A stretch of DNA of 64,000 nucleotides. It comes from Maricaulaceae bacterium (GTDB taxonomy: Bacteria; Pseudomonadota; Alphaproteobacteria; Caulobacterales; Maricaulaceae). Under the pieces are notes generated by a model. The model saw only the letters and a program-made list of their open reading frames with translations. It was not told where the DNA came from and did not search any database. Location of the stretch: NCBI GenBank assembly GCA_965225705.1, contig OZ245325.1:1567142-1631141 (forward strand), read 5' to 3'. Position 1 is the first letter of the stretch. Each line of letters opens with the position of its first letter. The position numbers were made by a program, and so were the translations under genes. Positions 13,101 through 25,392 of the stretch are shown here, piece by piece.

Positions 13101-13659
13101 GACCTGTCGCTGAGAGGGGGTCAGGGGTGCGGGCAAAAAGCTGGAAAAGAAGACGTGAAAAACGACTCTCCTGTCCATTGTTCATGGCCTCTGGCGCTAT
13201 AAATTTCGCATGGGAAAGAACAAAATCAGGTTTGCCAAATCCAAGCGCCACTGCCCCGTCAGAACGCCGGATAAAAGAAAAGCTTCCCCCCTCAACCAAC
13301 AGACGGGAAAGAGCAATCTTACCATATAAGAGAGCTTCCGGACTAAAATCAACCTGAACAAGAGGCAAAACATAAAAAGCTTTCTCCCCTTCATGATAGA
13401 CTTTGATATCACGGCCTCTTATCATGACCGTGCGTTCATCCGGTGACCAGTAGGCTTCAAGCTGATCTAAACTGACTCTTTCCCCCTCCAGAGCCTGTGC
13501 AAAAAAATTTTCAGCATTTTCCTTTAAAAAATTAAGAGAAACAGGACCCTCGGAAAGCCGCCAGGCTATAAACCCGAAAAGCAAAGCAATAAATGTGATG
13601 AGAACAACGAAAGTCTCAAGGCAAAGGAAAAGAGCATGTTTGAGGAAAGGCCGTATCAT
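10135..13659 (-). CDS. Large AsmA-like / YhdP-family (DUF3971-type) envelope protein
   Basis: About 1174 aa counted from the Met at 13659. It has an N-terminal signal-anchor (MIRPFLKHALFLCLETFVVLITFIALLFGFIAW) and a long beta-rich body. The C-terminal AsmA-type motif is VLGLTYSVEGPFKNPRVFVNPLSAFAPGILRRFF, followed by a low-complexity tail. The track ORF start at 13788 adds 43 unlikely codons. Confidence 0.7.
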   Translation of the reverse strand: MIRPFLKHALFLCLETFVVLITFIALLFGFIAWRLSEGPVSLNFLKENAENFFAQALEGERVSLDQLEAYWSPDERTVMIRGRDIKVYHEGEKAFYVLPLVQVDFSPEALLYGKIALSRLLVEGGSFSFIRRSDGAVALGFGKPDFVLSHAKFIAPEAMNNGQESRFSRLLFQLFARTPDPLSATGRLKILKMSNAIIYIKDEVTGLDWLVGDAVMTYERGRDASEAGFQGFLKHPGFDQSAPFSLKTRIGPDLQSLYVESYIEGASPRIFMPDSGQKWSWLKSLDAPVNASVSVNAVRGRGLLAADFSFDVKPGYLIFDENSPRLFSGAGGKAYYEPETGSIMFAEAFLNTETLSFQGKGRVWDIGDFLDSPFRHPMGYDIDLEKIRLVFDGMFEKALEADYVKARGYADVLNTSLIFENLEAQTKGVEGKFEGRVQLQTREDGKVLPDIRLSGPVTGRASVQTVLDHWPFGLDDAARNWVQHSVLEADAYGAHLDMDIKAENWYHPLPDKALSLSFEFDKGYVRYLKPMAPLEEARGRAELKGNSFTLEVDKGRLAGGKVTEGRVILPDFSNRQAEAEVSAHIEGKVQDFFAFLDTEPLSLLSQSKQSPEDFKGTGSFDFSLFFPVLNVIPEEKIRYEMKGSFQGFSAPGQIKELPLSKADLDFSLKNGRVMAQGHGQIGAFPSEFDVDIALQDDGNTPSRFRLSSQFDKTILDVFAFKSSVFSDGYVRAFIEGEGQGFTMTGAQIKLDLTPSVLAFEDWKKEEGQVGQAHLTWRHHPDGSYEIKDITAEAKGLRLKGLLRFGVSGQLKEIKIPVFRLGSFADLSLEGEKRGETLFAYVKGRYWDGRKLITSLLEKKKSALSSAAFNLSGSLERFRVTDSEFLDNLSFDLRYKEKIFEYIDIESHGQKMPLVFRLMSQEKGGRDFYARGGDAGLILRIFSGRRIFDGGAFHLQGFLPFSEGEPGMGALTLKDFTVKDAPVLAQLLSLASLKGLGDTLTGEGIKFEKLESSFTLSKQQILIRKTEVSGSAMGITVSGFINYNKKKLDLDGVIIPSYTLNSFLGHIPLLGDAFVSRKGEGVLGLTYSVEGPFKNPRVFVNPLSAFAPGILRRFFEGQRSLDRAYKDVSPLPEHTESTPARESSPNALPKDQKRSLEQRPGDQKTSHGGTQEQNP

Positions 13660-13870
13660 AAGAAACCCTGATTTAGGAGTATAAAATTTTGTTTGTTTTT
13701 TTCCGGCCTGCACCCTTGAGAAAATCCAGCTGAACACCCTCTCAATACATCTGTATGCGCCTGCTATACTTATGAGGTCAACGCACAATCATATAAAACT
13801 GTTGTATAGACGAAAGTATTTTTTTTTGCCATACTCGTCTATATTCATATCTTATATAGCGGAGCTTACA

Positions 13871-14341
13871 ATGTCCCCTTCCTTACAAACCGGCGATCAC
13901 GCCCCGGACTTTTCTATGCCTTCAGACACAAAAGGAGATATCAGCCTGTCTGATCTTAAAGGAAAGATTGTTGTTCTCTATTTCTATCCTAAAGATGATA
14001 CACCGGGATGTACACAGGAAGCTATAGATTTTTCTAAAAAACAGGATCAGTTTAACAAGCTCGACGCCCTTGTCATAGGGGTCAGTCGGGATAGTCTTGA
14101 CAAGCATAAAAAATTTGCTGCAAAACACAATCTGAACGTTGTTCTGGCCTCAGACACAGAGGCTGAAACCCTTCAAAAATATGGTGTCTGGGTTGAAAAA
14201 AGCATGTTCGGTAAAAAATATATGGGTATAGAACGCGCAACATTTCTTATTGATCGTGAAGGTCGTCTGGCCAAAATCTGGCGCAAGGTGAAAGTCAAAG
14301 GCCATGCAGATGCTGTCCTGAAAGCTGCACAGGCCCTTTGA
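13871..14341 (+). CDS. bcp: Thioredoxin-dependent peroxiredoxin Bcp
   Basis: Start MSPSLQTGDHAPDF is preceded by GGAG at 13861. The peroxidatic Cys motif is FYPKDDTPGCTQEA, within an AhpC/TSA fold. Confidence 0.88.
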   Translation: MSPSLQTGDHAPDFSMPSDTKGDISLSDLKGKIVVLYFYPKDDTPGCTQEAIDFSKKQDQFNKLDALVIGVSRDSLDKHKKFAAKHNLNVVLASDTEAETLQKYGVWVEKSMFGKKYMGIERATFLIDREGRLAKIWRKVKVKGHADAVLKAAQAL

Positions 14342-14618
14342 ACCGCAGAGGATGGTTGTGAGGCCTGCCTCCACCCCCTCACCGGGGGAAAGGCCAAAGG
14401 CAACTTCCCTTTAAGCATATCTCCCCTAAGCCTAAACAATCTTTAGGCCGGGCATGATAGGCAAGGTAGAGCCTGAGGAAGCATATGGGCCCTGTCCGCC
14501 CCTCCTCTATGCCTCAGAAATTCCTGGAACCAATGAGGAGACACGCTTAGGATCGGTGACCCGGTTCTCAATATACCAGGACCTCTTAAGAAGCTGTAGA
14601 CCCTTTCAATCCGAAATG

Positions 14619-15362
14619 TTACAAAGCCTGAGTTTTGGGTCTCACAACCACCTCATTCACATCCACATGCGGTGGTTGCTGAATGGCATAAAGGACAGCT
14701 TCAGCGATATCTTCAGGTTTCAGAGCTGTCTCAGCAAAACTGTCCTGAACACGCTCTCTGATTTCATCAACAGCTGTATGCTGAATAAATTCTGTTGTGA
14801 CAGCCCCTGGTGAAATGCTGGTCACCCTCAGATCATCATTTTCCAGACGCAAACCTTCAGAAATGGCCAGAACAGCATGTTTGGTCGCGCAATACACCGT
14901 AGCATTCGGGAAAACATGATGGCCTGCTATAGAGGCTGTGTTGATAATATGGCCGTAGCCCTGCTTTTTCATAACTGGCAAAACAGAAGAAATAGCATAG
15001 AGAACGCCCCTGATATTAACATCAAGCATCATGTCCCATTCTTCGACACGCGTCATCTCCATAGGTGCGAAAGGTCCAACACCCGCATTGTTAAACAGAA
15101 CATCAATTTTCTCATATTGCCTGATGGCAAGATCCGTGAGTTCTTCAAGATCATCGCGTTTTGTGACATCCGTGACATGATAGACCGCCTGACCACCTTT
15201 TCCATGGATTCGGTCTACCAAATCACGAAGTTTATCCTCACGACGTGCCCCAAGCACAAGACGAGCTCCCTTCTCAGCCAGCAACAAAGCCGTGGCTTCA
15301 CCAAGGCCACTGGAAGCCCCTGTGATAAGAACTGTTTTTCCCTGAACATGTGTCATAAGCAT
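14619..15362 (-). CDS. SDR family oxidoreductase
   Basis: 247-aa ORF with Rossmann motif TGASSGLGEA, NNAG, and catalytic YCATK. AAGGA lies upstream of the ATG. Confidence 0.85.
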   Translation of the reverse strand: MLMTHVQGKTVLITGASSGLGEATALLLAEKGARLVLGARREDKLRDLVDRIHGKGGQAVYHVTDVTKRDDLEELTDLAIRQYEKIDVLFNNAGVGPFAPMEMTRVEEWDMMLDVNIRGVLYAISSVLPVMKKQGYGHIINTASIAGHHVFPNATVYCATKHAVLAISEGLRLENDDLRVTSISPGAVTTEFIQHTAVDEIRERVQDSFAETALKPEDIAEAVLYAIQQPPHVDVNEVVVRPKTQAL

Positions 15363-15405
15363 TTCCTTATCTTATTTTTAAAGGTCAACGTTGCGTCTTA
15401 CCCTT

Positions 15406-18081
15406 TCAGGAGGAAGCAAGGCGCCGCAGCACAGCATGCAAAATGCCCCCGTTTTTATAATAATCCAGCTCATGCGCTGTATCAATACGCACGGTGAGAT
15501 TAAGCTTTTTTTCTTCACCTGAAGAGGTTGTTATACGGGCTTCGACCTCACCGCGGGGAGTAAGGTTCTGAAGACCATAAAGACTGACCTTCTCATCACC
15601 CTGAAGACCAAGACTCTTCCAGCTTTCTCCTTCTTTAAACTGCAAAGGCAAAACACCCATGCCGACAAGATTGGAGCGGTGAATACGCTCAAAACTCTCT
15701 GCTATAACGGCCTTAACCCCTAAAAGACGTGTGCCTTTTGCTGCCCAGTCCCGTGATGAGCCGGTTCCATATTCCCTGCCTGCAAAAATGACAAGAGGCA
15801 TCGCATCTTTCTGATAAAGCATAGCTGCATCATAAATGTCCATAACTGTATCGGTTGGAATATGGCGTGTAAATCCACCTTCCACACCATCAAGCATCAG
15901 GTTTTTGATACGAATATTGGCAAAGGTCCCCCGCATCATCACTTCATGATTACCACGCCGTGATCCATAAGAATTAAAATCTTTTGGCTCTACCCCGTGG
16001 TCCATAAGATAGCGTCCGGCAGGGCTGTCTTTTTTAATAGCCCCCGCAGGTGAGATATGATCCGTGGTGATAGAATCTCCAAAAAGACCAAGAATATGCG
16101 CCTGGTTCACATCTTCTGAACTGGCTATCTCATGCCCCATGCCTTCAAAGAAGGGAGGGCGACGAACATAGGTGGACGTCTCCTGCCAGCTATAGGTGAG
16201 CCCCCCAACAGCACGCATGGCCTGCCAGCGCTCATCCCCCGTAAAGGCATGGGCATAACGTTTGGCAAAAAGTTCGGGGCTGATATGCTCACGGATAAGA
16301 CCGGCAATTTCCTCAGAACGGGGCCAGAGATCCTTAAGATAAACAGGATGACCCTCTTTATCTTCCCCCAAAGGTTCATGCGCAAAATCAATCATCATGG
16401 TCCCCGCAAGAGCATACGCCACCACAAGAGGTGGAGACGCCAGATAATTGGCCCTGACATGAGGGCTGATACGTCCTTCAAAATTGCGGTTACCGGAAAG
16501 CGCCGAACAGACCACAAGATCATTGTCGTCCACTGCTTTGGCCACAGGTTCTGGTAAGGGCCCGGAATTCCCAATACAGGTGGTGCATCCATACCCCACA
16601 AGATTAAAGCCCAGTGAGTCTAAATCCCTGCTAAGACCTGAAGCGTCAAGATAGTCTGTCACCACTTGTGACCCCGGCGCAAAAGATGTTTTCACCCAGG
16701 ATTTGCTCTTTAAACCCATCTCAACAGCTTTACGGGCCAAAAGGCCGGCACCAACAAGGACAGAAGGGTTAGAGGTGTTGGTACAGGAAGTGATGGCCGC
16801 AATGACAACATCCCCATGTCCCAGATCATAATCTGCACCTTTAACAGGCACACGCGTCATCTCTGTTTTTCCAAAACCATCAGATAAAACCTCTGTAAAA
16901 CCTGTTTTGGCGCGGACTAAAGGCACACGATCCTGAGGACGTTTCGGCCCGGCAATACAAGGCTCTAAACTTTTAAGATCAAACTCTAAAACATCTGTGA
17001 AAACAGGATCGGGCATATCTTTATCCCGGTAAAGTCCCTGAGCTTTCGCATAAGCTTCAACAAGTTTGACGCGGTGGGGATCACGCCCTGTAGAGGTGAG
17101 ATAACTGAGGGTGTCCTGATCAACAGGGAAAAAGCCACAGGTCGCCCCATATTCAGGGGCCATATTGGCGAGAGTTGCCTGATCTTCTAAAGATAAAACA
17201 TCAAGACCCGGGCCAAAAAATTCCACAAATTTCCCGACAACCCCATGGGCCCTCAATTGTTCTGTCACAGAGAGCACAAGATCAGTTGCGGTGGCCCCTT
17301 CAGGCCAGTCTCCCGTCAGGCGAAAACCAATAACCTCAGGGATCAGCATGGAAACAGGCTGACCCAGCATGGCGGCTTCTGCTTCAATGCCACCAACACC
17401 CCAGCCGAGAACTGAGAGACCATTGACCATAGTAGTATGGCTATCGGTTCCCACCAGGGTATCCGGGAAGGCAAGGGAGACGCCACCTTCCTCTTTTACC
17501 CAGACTGTCTGAGCAATATGCTCCAGATTGACCTGATGGCAAATACCTGTGCCGGGGGGGACAACCCTGAAATTTTCAAAAGCAGTCTGCCCCCAGCGCA
17601 AAAATTCATAACGCTCCTGATTACGTTGATATTCACGGTCAACATTGTGTTCAAAAGAAGAAGGTGCGCCGAAATAATCCACCATAACAGAATGATCAAT
17701 GACAAGATCAACAGGAGAGAGAGGATTAATGTCCTGAGGATTACCTCCTAAATCTTCCATCGCATCACGCATGGCTGCAAGATCAGCAACCGCTGGCACG
17801 CCTGTAAAATCCTGCATCAAAACACGGGCTGGACGATAGGCTATCTCATGGCGGGAGGTTCTGCTTTGCAACCAGGCTGCGAGGGCTTCAATATCTTTGC
17901 GGGAAACTGTCTCTCCATCCTCATGACGCAAAAGATTTTCTAAAAGCACCTTCAGAGAAAAAGGGAGGCGGCTGATCCCCGTAAGACCATGAGCTTCTGC
18001 CTGTTTGAGATCATAATATACATACGTACGGCCATCAACATAAAGCTCACGGCGACATTGAAAACTATCAGAAGCTATCAT
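15406..18081 (-). CDS. acnA: Aconitate hydratase AcnA
   Basis: 891-aa ORF with aconitase family motifs ([53 protein letters not shown]). Confidence 0.96.
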   Translation of the reverse strand: MIASDSFQCRRELYVDGRTYVYYDLKQAEAHGLTGISRLPFSLKVLLENLLRHEDGETVSRKDIEALAAWLQSRTSRHEIAYRPARVLMQDFTGVPAVADLAAMRDAMEDLGGNPQDINPLSPVDLVIDHSVMVDYFGAPSSFEHNVDREYQRNQERYEFLRWGQTAFENFRVVPPGTGICHQVNLEHIAQTVWVKEEGGVSLAFPDTLVGTDSHTTMVNGLSVLGWGVGGIEAEAAMLGQPVSMLIPEVIGFRLTGDWPEGATATDLVLSVTEQLRAHGVVGKFVEFFGPGLDVLSLEDQATLANMAPEYGATCGFFPVDQDTLSYLTSTGRDPHRVKLVEAYAKAQGLYRDKDMPDPVFTDVLEFDLKSLEPCIAGPKRPQDRVPLVRAKTGFTEVLSDGFGKTEMTRVPVKGADYDLGHGDVVIAAITSCTNTSNPSVLVGAGLLARKAVEMGLKSKSWVKTSFAPGSQVVTDYLDASGLSRDLDSLGFNLVGYGCTTCIGNSGPLPEPVAKAVDDNDLVVCSALSGNRNFEGRISPHVRANYLASPPLVVAYALAGTMMIDFAHEPLGEDKEGHPVYLKDLWPRSEEIAGLIREHISPELFAKRYAHAFTGDERWQAMRAVGGLTYSWQETSTYVRRPPFFEGMGHEIASSEDVNQAHILGLFGDSITTDHISPAGAIKKDSPAGRYLMDHGVEPKDFNSYGSRRGNHEVMMRGTFANIRIKNLMLDGVEGGFTRHIPTDTVMDIYDAAMLYQKDAMPLVIFAGREYGTGSSRDWAAKGTRLLGVKAVIAESFERIHRSNLVGMGVLPLQFKEGESWKSLGLQGDEKVSLYGLQNLTPRGEVEARITTSSGEEKKLNLTVRIDTAHELDYYKNGGILHAVLRRLASS

Positions 18082-18263
18082 ATTTATCAGTCCTTTTTCG
18101 TATAAACCCTACATGCCTTTCTGTAACATGTCCGGTGTCTTCTCATCATCCATTTTATACTGTTATGTTTTTAGGTGCCTTTTTTACATGAGGAAAGACA
18201 AAGAAGAAAGACCTAAAACTTTTCCCCGGAGAGGCAGAGAGTATTTTATGTTCCCACCATGGT

Positions 18264-19380
18264 TTAAGACCCGGCCTCACCCTGCTCCGCACGCTGAGAC
18301 AAAACAGCAGACATAAAAGGGTCCAGCTCTCCGTTCAGAACCCCTTGTGTGTTGGAGGTTTCAAAGCCTGTCCGCAAATCTTTCACAAGCTGATAGGGCT
18401 GGAGCACATAAGATCTTATCTGACGTCCCCAGCCAATTTCTGACTTTGAATCTTCTTCTGCCTGGGCCTCAGCCTCACGTTTGCGCAATTCAAGCTCATA
18501 AAGGCGTGCCCGCAGCATGTCCCAGGCCGCAGCCCGGTTTTTATGCTGAGAACGCTGATTTTGACACTGCACCACGATCCCGGTTGGAAGATGCGTGATC
18601 CGCACAGCACTGTCTGTTTTATTAATATGCTGCCCCCCGGCACCTGACGCACGATAGGTATCAACGCGACAGTCTTTCTCCTGAATATCGATCTCAATAC
18701 TGTCATCAATATGAGGGTAGACCCAGACAGAGGCAAAGCTTGTATGGCGGCGCGCATTAGAATCAAAGGGAGAAATACGTACCAGACGGTGGACCCCTGA
18801 TTCAGTTTTCAGCCAGCCATAAACTTTCTCTCCTTTGATCAATAAGGTCGCAGACTTCAGGCCTGCCTCTTCACCGGGATGTTCTTCCACAATATCGGTT
18901 TTGAATCCCCGCTCCTGTGCCCAGCGCACATACATGCGCATCATCATAGAGGCCCAGTCCTGTGCCTCCGTCCCCCCGGCCCCCGGGTGAATTTCAACAT
19001 AACAGTCAGAATCATCCGCCTCACCAGATAAAAGTGCTTCCAGTTCAGCCTGTTCCGCTTTGTCTTTAAGGTCCTGAAGGGCCTGCCCTGCTTCACGGGC
19101 CAGCTCATCATCCTGGTCATCCCGGGCTAAGCTGGCAAGCTCAACTGTGTCTTTAAGGGTGGCTTCAAACTCTCTCACACACTTAATGCTCTCTTCCAGT
19201 CGGGCACGCTCACGCATAAGCTTTTGAGCCTCCGCAGGATCCTCCCATATGGCCTGTTCTTCTGCCAGAGCATTCAATTCATCAAAACGGTGCAGGGCCT
19301 GATCCCAGTCAAAGACGCCTCCGTAAAAGTGCGATGGACTTTTCAATGGTTTTAACAAGTTTTTGCTGTTCTGTGTTCAT
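18264..19380 (-). CDS. prfB: Peptide chain release factor 2 (requires programmed +1 frameshift)
   Basis: The main frame (18264..19310) carries RF2 motifs SPF, GGQHINKTDSAVRITH and GAGGQH. A 23-codon leader, MNTEQQKLVKTIEKSIALLRRRL, starts at 19380 and ends in CTT TGA C, with in-frame TGA at 19311..19309. A +1 shift joins the leader to DWDQALHRFDELN. Confidence 0.93.
19308..19323 (-). promoter_or_regulatory. prfB programmed +1 ribosomal frameshift site
   Basis: The minus strand reads CGGAGG CGT CTT TGA C. That is an internal SD-like GGAGG, 3 nt before the slippery CTT codon, followed by TGA-C. This is the same architecture as the characterised E. coli prfB site. Confidence 0.9.
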
Positions 19381-19439
19381 AGCAGTTTACCTACATATAT
19401 GGTCATATGTCACAAATTTTGTGTCTATAGTTTCCTGCT

Positions 19440-21920
19440 TTACAGCCCATCGACAGAATCATCAAGATCAGGTTCCGTACCAGAAGAAGAAAGATCAACA
19501 GACCCCCCGTCCTGCGACAACCATGTGTGAAGTTCAGGAGAAAAACCGTTGACCCCACCCCTTTTTACCTCCATACGTCCAGTTCGGCTATGAGGCTCTG
19601 TCCCGGGACGAAAAGCTTCTAAAAAGGAACCTGGGGTTCCAAAGGGCACGGCCTGACCTGTCTGAACATTTATCGGTGACAAACGCACACCCGGGGGAAT
19701 ACGGAAAGGCAAATCAGGTTTTTGAGCCAGAGCTTTTTCCATAAACGCCTGAAAGATGGGGGCTGCAACCCTTCCCCCTGTCTCCGCATGTCCAAGAGAA
19801 TGTGGCTCATCAAATCCAACATAGACCCCTACAACAAGGTCAGGGGAAAACCCCATAAACCAGGCATCCTGATAGTCATTAGTGGTTCCTGTTTTCCCTC
19901 CCAGAGTTTTTCCAAGAGACTTCAAACGTGCACCGGTTCCCCTGTCTATCACGCCCTTCAGCATCCAGACCACCTGAAATGCTGTAACAGGATCAAGGAC
20001 CTGTTCCCTTTCATCAGGCAGATCCGGTGGGTCCTGCCCCTCCCAAAAAGGAGCAGAACAGGAAGGGCAGACAGGTTTGTTGTGGGTATAAATAGTTTTC
20101 CCCCAGCGATCCTGGATACGATCAATGACTGTCGGGACAACCCGTTTACCATTATTGACCAGCATGGCATACGCCGCCGTCAGACGCCACAGGGTTGTCT
20201 CCCCTGCCCCCAAAGCCATAGCAGGAACAGGGAGAAGATCATCATAAATACCAAATTTCTTCCCATAGTCCACAACATGGTCAAGCCCAATATCGCTTGC
20301 AAGTCTCACCGTCATCACATTACGAGACTTTTCTAACCCCCGCCGCATAGTCGAAGGCCCATAATAGCGCTTTGAGTAATTTCTTGGGCTATAAACCTTG
20401 CCACCACTGACAAGGGTAAAGGGTGCGTCCAGAATCTTTGTAACCGGTGTATATCCCTGATCCAGTGCCGCCGCATAAACAAAAGGTTTAAAGGCAGATC
20501 CCGGCTGACGCAAAGCCTGTGTTGCACGATTAAACTCACTTTGGCCGAAATTATACCCCCCGATAAGGGCCAAAACGCGACCTGTATGGGGATCCAGCGC
20601 CATCATAGCGCCGTTGACTTTAGGAATCTGACGTAAAGCATAGGTTTTTTGATCACCCTCTCCCAAAGCTTCCACAAGAATAACATCGCCCTTTTCAAGG
20701 ACATCCTGAGGTTTTTTGGGCTTTGGACCAGGACGCCCCTTTTTTGTAATCGGTCGTGCCCATGCCATATCTTCAAAGGCCATGCGAGCTTCTGTCCCGT
20801 CAACAAAACCAAGCCTGACCCCGTCATCAGCAATGTCAAGAACAAGAGCCGTGGATAAAAAGCCTGTTGTGTTCTTTTCCTGAAAAGCTTTCAGCTCTTC
20901 CTGCCAGGAAGAGTTTCCCTGAATTCTGCCGAGAGGACCACGCCAGCCATGGCGACGATCATAAGCCTCAAGCCCTTCACGCAGAACCCTATGTGCAAGA
21001 TACTGAAGTTTCATATCCAGTGTTGAACGAACAGAAAGCCCCCCGTCATAAAGAGCCCGATCACCATAAATCTTTTTAATGTGTCGCCGTATTTCCTCAA
21101 CAAAATCTGCAGCAACTGTATAAAACTCTTCTGTAAAGCGCTCGTTGACGACCAAATCCTCAGCCTTTGCAGCCTCCGCCTGTTCCTCCGTAATATATCC
21201 ATTGGCCTGCATGCGGTCCAGAGCCCAGTTTCGCCTTTCTATGGCACGGGTTTTATGGCGTACAGGGTCATAATTGTTGGGGGCTTTGGGAAGGGCCGCC
21301 AGATACGCCATCTCCGCAAAGCTCAGCTCATCCAGAGATTTATTAAAATAATTAAGGGCTGCGGCTGCAACACCATAAGAACGGTGACCAAGATAAATCT
21401 CATTGAGGTAAAGCTCTAAAATACGATCCTTGGAATAGGCCCTTTCAATACGGTAGGCCAGAACCATTTCACGAACTTTGCGTTTCAGTTTTCTTTCTCT
21501 GGAGAGAAGAAAATTCTTGGCAACCTGCTGTGTAATAGTTGATGCACCTTCCAGGCGTTCATCGTTAAGAGCATGTTTGATATTTGCCAGACTTGCCCGT
21601 GCAACACCACTCCAGGCCACGCCTTTATGTTTATAAAAGCTTTTATCTTCTACGGAAAGAAAAGCCTGAATCACAGAATCCGGAATAGCTGTCACAGGGA
21701 CATAAACACGGTTCTCACGGGCAAATTCTGCAATCAGGGTTCCATCACCCGCGTGCACACGACTCGTCACAGGGGGCTCATAGACCGCAAGCTCTTCAAA
21801 ATCGGGCAGATCTTTCGTGACCCGCACAATATAAATGATGACACCGGCTGTTGCCATAAAGCCTAAAAAAAGGGCAAGAAACACACCCCATTTCAAAACA
21901 GACAGAAGTTTAGATATCAT
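19440..21920 (-). CDS. mrcA: Penicillin-binding protein 1A (bifunctional glycosyltransferase/transpeptidase)
   Basis: N-terminal membrane anchor, GT51 motifs (EDKSFYKHKGV, GASTITQQVAKN, RKVREM, KDRILELYLNEIYLG) and transpeptidase motifs (SAFKPF, SRN, KTGTT). The ATG at 21920 is preferred over the TTG at 21968. Confidence 0.9.
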   Translation of the reverse strand: MISKLLSVLKWGVFLALFLGFMATAGVIIYIVRVTKDLPDFEELAVYEPPVTSRVHAGDGTLIAEFARENRVYVPVTAIPDSVIQAFLSVEDKSFYKHKGVAWSGVARASLANIKHALNDERLEGASTITQQVAKNFLLSRERKLKRKVREMVLAYRIERAYSKDRILELYLNEIYLGHRSYGVAAAALNYFNKSLDELSFAEMAYLAALPKAPNNYDPVRHKTRAIERRNWALDRMQANGYITEEQAEAAKAEDLVVNERFTEEFYTVAADFVEEIRRHIKKIYGDRALYDGGLSVRSTLDMKLQYLAHRVLREGLEAYDRRHGWRGPLGRIQGNSSWQEELKAFQEKNTTGFLSTALVLDIADDGVRLGFVDGTEARMAFEDMAWARPITKKGRPGPKPKKPQDVLEKGDVILVEALGEGDQKTYALRQIPKVNGAMMALDPHTGRVLALIGGYNFGQSEFNRATQALRQPGSAFKPFVYAAALDQGYTPVTKILDAPFTLVSGGKVYSPRNYSKRYYGPSTMRRGLEKSRNVMTVRLASDIGLDHVVDYGKKFGIYDDLLPVPAMALGAGETTLWRLTAAYAMLVNNGKRVVPTVIDRIQDRWGKTIYTHNKPVCPSCSAPFWEGQDPPDLPDEREQVLDPVTAFQVVWMLKGVIDRGTGARLKSLGKTLGGKTGTTNDYQDAWFMGFSPDLVVGVYVGFDEPHSLGHAETGGRVAAPIFQAFMEKALAQKPDLPFRIPPGVRLSPINVQTGQAVPFGTPGSFLEAFRPGTEPHSRTGRMEVKRGGVNGFSPELHTWLSQDGGSVDLSSSGTEPDLDDSVDGL

Positions 21921-22084
21921 ACCGGCCACACAGTTTAGATAAAAACAATGTCTCTCTCCTGAACACAAAAGCCTGTCTTCATGGCAAGCCCCTCTTAAGA
22001 TACATTACTTTTAAAATTATGAAAAAGCATGAGAAGATATAAAGGAGACCTTCTCTTTCTTCTAAAAAAGAAATTCTTTAGTAT

Positions 22085-22909
22085 CTATGGATCCTCCGGA
22101 TCGTCATAGATCTCCCCTTCCCCGGGAAAACGGCGTTCCCGCACATCTTTAGTATACGCTTCAAGAGCAGTTTCAATCATGGCTTTTCCCTGAGCATAAC
22201 GGCGCACAAAACGTGGTGTATGGTCAAAAAAGCCTAACATATCTGGTAAGACAAGAATTTGACCATCACAGGCAGAAGACGCCCCGATACCAATAGTTGG
22301 TATGCTTACAGCCTTTGTAACAGAGGCAGCCAAAGCCTCATAAACTCCCTCAATGACAAGGGAAAAAGCCCCTGCGCCTTCGACAGCACGTGCCGTTTGC
22401 ATAAGAGCATGGCGCTCTTTATCATAGCGCCCCTGAACCTTAAACCCCCCCATGGTATGAACAGACTGTGGGCGCAGTCCCACATGGCCCATCACAGGTA
22501 TCCCCCGCTCTGTTAAAAACTCCACAATAGGGGAAGCATAAGCTCCTGTTTCCAGTTTGACCGCCTGACAGCCTGTCTCCCCCATTATTCTGGATGCTGT
22601 TTCAAAAGCCTGCTTTGCTCCCTTCTCATAGGATCCAAAAGGCAAATCTACAACAACAAAGGCACGGTCTGAGCCGCGCATGACAGCTTTGGTATGGAGG
22701 ATCATCATATCCACTGTCACACCTAAGGTTGATGGCATACCATGAACAACCATGCCGACAGAATCTCCCACCAAAAGTACATCACAATAAGGATCTGCAA
22801 GACCCGCCATCATAGCATCATAGGCTGTCAGACAAACAAGGGGCTTTTCTCCCTTATGTTTTTGGATATCATGTACCGTCAAACGGGTTTGATGAGATTT
22901 TGGTGCCAT
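22085..22909 (-). CDS. panB: 3-methyl-2-oxobutanoate hydroxymethyltransferase PanB
   Basis: PanB motifs are LTAYDA, LVGDSVGMVVHG, VVDLPFGSY, GCQAVKLE, VMGHVGLRPQ and IGIGAS. The ATG at 22909 is preferred over the TTG at 22930. Confidence 0.92.
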   Translation of the reverse strand: MAPKSHQTRLTVHDIQKHKGEKPLVCLTAYDAMMAGLADPYCDVLLVGDSVGMVVHGMPSTLGVTVDMMILHTKAVMRGSDRAFVVVDLPFGSYEKGAKQAFETASRIMGETGCQAVKLETGAYASPIVEFLTERGIPVMGHVGLRPQSVHTMGGFKVQGRYDKERHALMQTARAVEGAGAFSLVIEGVYEALAASVTKAVSIPTIGIGASSACDGQILVLPDMLGFFDHTPRFVRRYAQGKAMIETALEAYTKDVRERRFPGEGEIYDDPEDP

Positions 22910-23304
22910 AAAGCTGCCCTTTAACCACAAAAACCTTTAGCATATTGTCCCACACATGCATAGGTTTCGTCAATCCAAAGTTTTTTAATATAAAGATAAA
23001 CAAAGCTATGGCATAAAAAATATCCTCTTTTAAAATAGCAAAAAAAGCTGTCTGCCCGGAGAAGAGAGGAAAAGCCACACACTCACCACCCCTTCCCACA
23101 CATGTAATATGAGAATAGGGAGTTTTACAAAACAAAATCCGCAAAAAGGCATATCTCCACGATGACACATCAGACACAGAAAGGTCTGCAGGATAGGGAT
23201 CTGTCACCCCTTCCTTTTTGCAGGCTGAAAAATAAAATCTGGCCTTTCTAAAATAAGAAAGCACAACAGCACTGGATTTTAAGACATATAAAGTATAGAC
23301 TGGC

Positions 23305-23430
23305 TTTGTTTCTGAGGGGTGTACCTTCTTTATGTGAAGCGTACTGAGATGGCTTTAAGGGTGTAGTCACACTCATCATGGCCGAACCCTTTGAACCTGA
23401 TACGGATCATGCCGGCGAAGGGACAGGGAC
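23305..23430 (+). promoter_or_regulatory. TPP (THI-box) riboswitch
   Basis: Conserved elements are readable: CTGAGGGGTG, then CTGAGA, then AACCCTTTGAACCTGATACGGATCATGCCGGCGAAGGGA (the pyrimidine and pyrophosphate sensor helices). It lies about 115 nt upstream of thiC. Boundaries are approximate. Confidence 0.88.
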
Positions 23431-23450
23431 CATGAAAGGGAAGGTCATGA

Positions 23451-25295
<1,845 letters not shown>

Positions 25296-25364
25296 AATTG
25301 AGAGACCCTTTTTCCCATAACCTTATTGTCTTACATAAGAAAGAGGTTTCATTTTAAGTACTAC

Positions 25365-25392
25365 AAACCCTGCGCTCTGGCGCAGGTTTCTT
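25365..25392 (+). terminator. Putative intrinsic terminator after thiC
   Basis: Hairpin CCTGCGC-tctg-GCGCAGG flanked by AAA/TTT and followed by TTTCTT, about 70 nt after the thiC stop. Confidence 0.6.

Noticed and set aside
19722-20336. 204-aa ORF antisense to PBP1A. Similar long antisense or alternate-frame ORFs occur at 4922..5422, 6249..6800, 11701..12318, 11772..12440, 14877..15497, 33523..34104, 49806..50342, 60742..61221 and 60804..61283.
   Set aside because: Each lies entirely within a confidently identified gene. None has a recognisable motif, and their compositions are skewed (Arg/Ser/Leu-rich), which is typical of shadow frames.
22869-23264. 131-aa minus-strand ORF in the panB-thiC spacer, overlapping the panB 5' end.
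   Set aside because: It has no RBS or motif, it overlaps panB in another frame, and its composition is low complexity. It is probably spurious, although the spacer itself is flagged separately.
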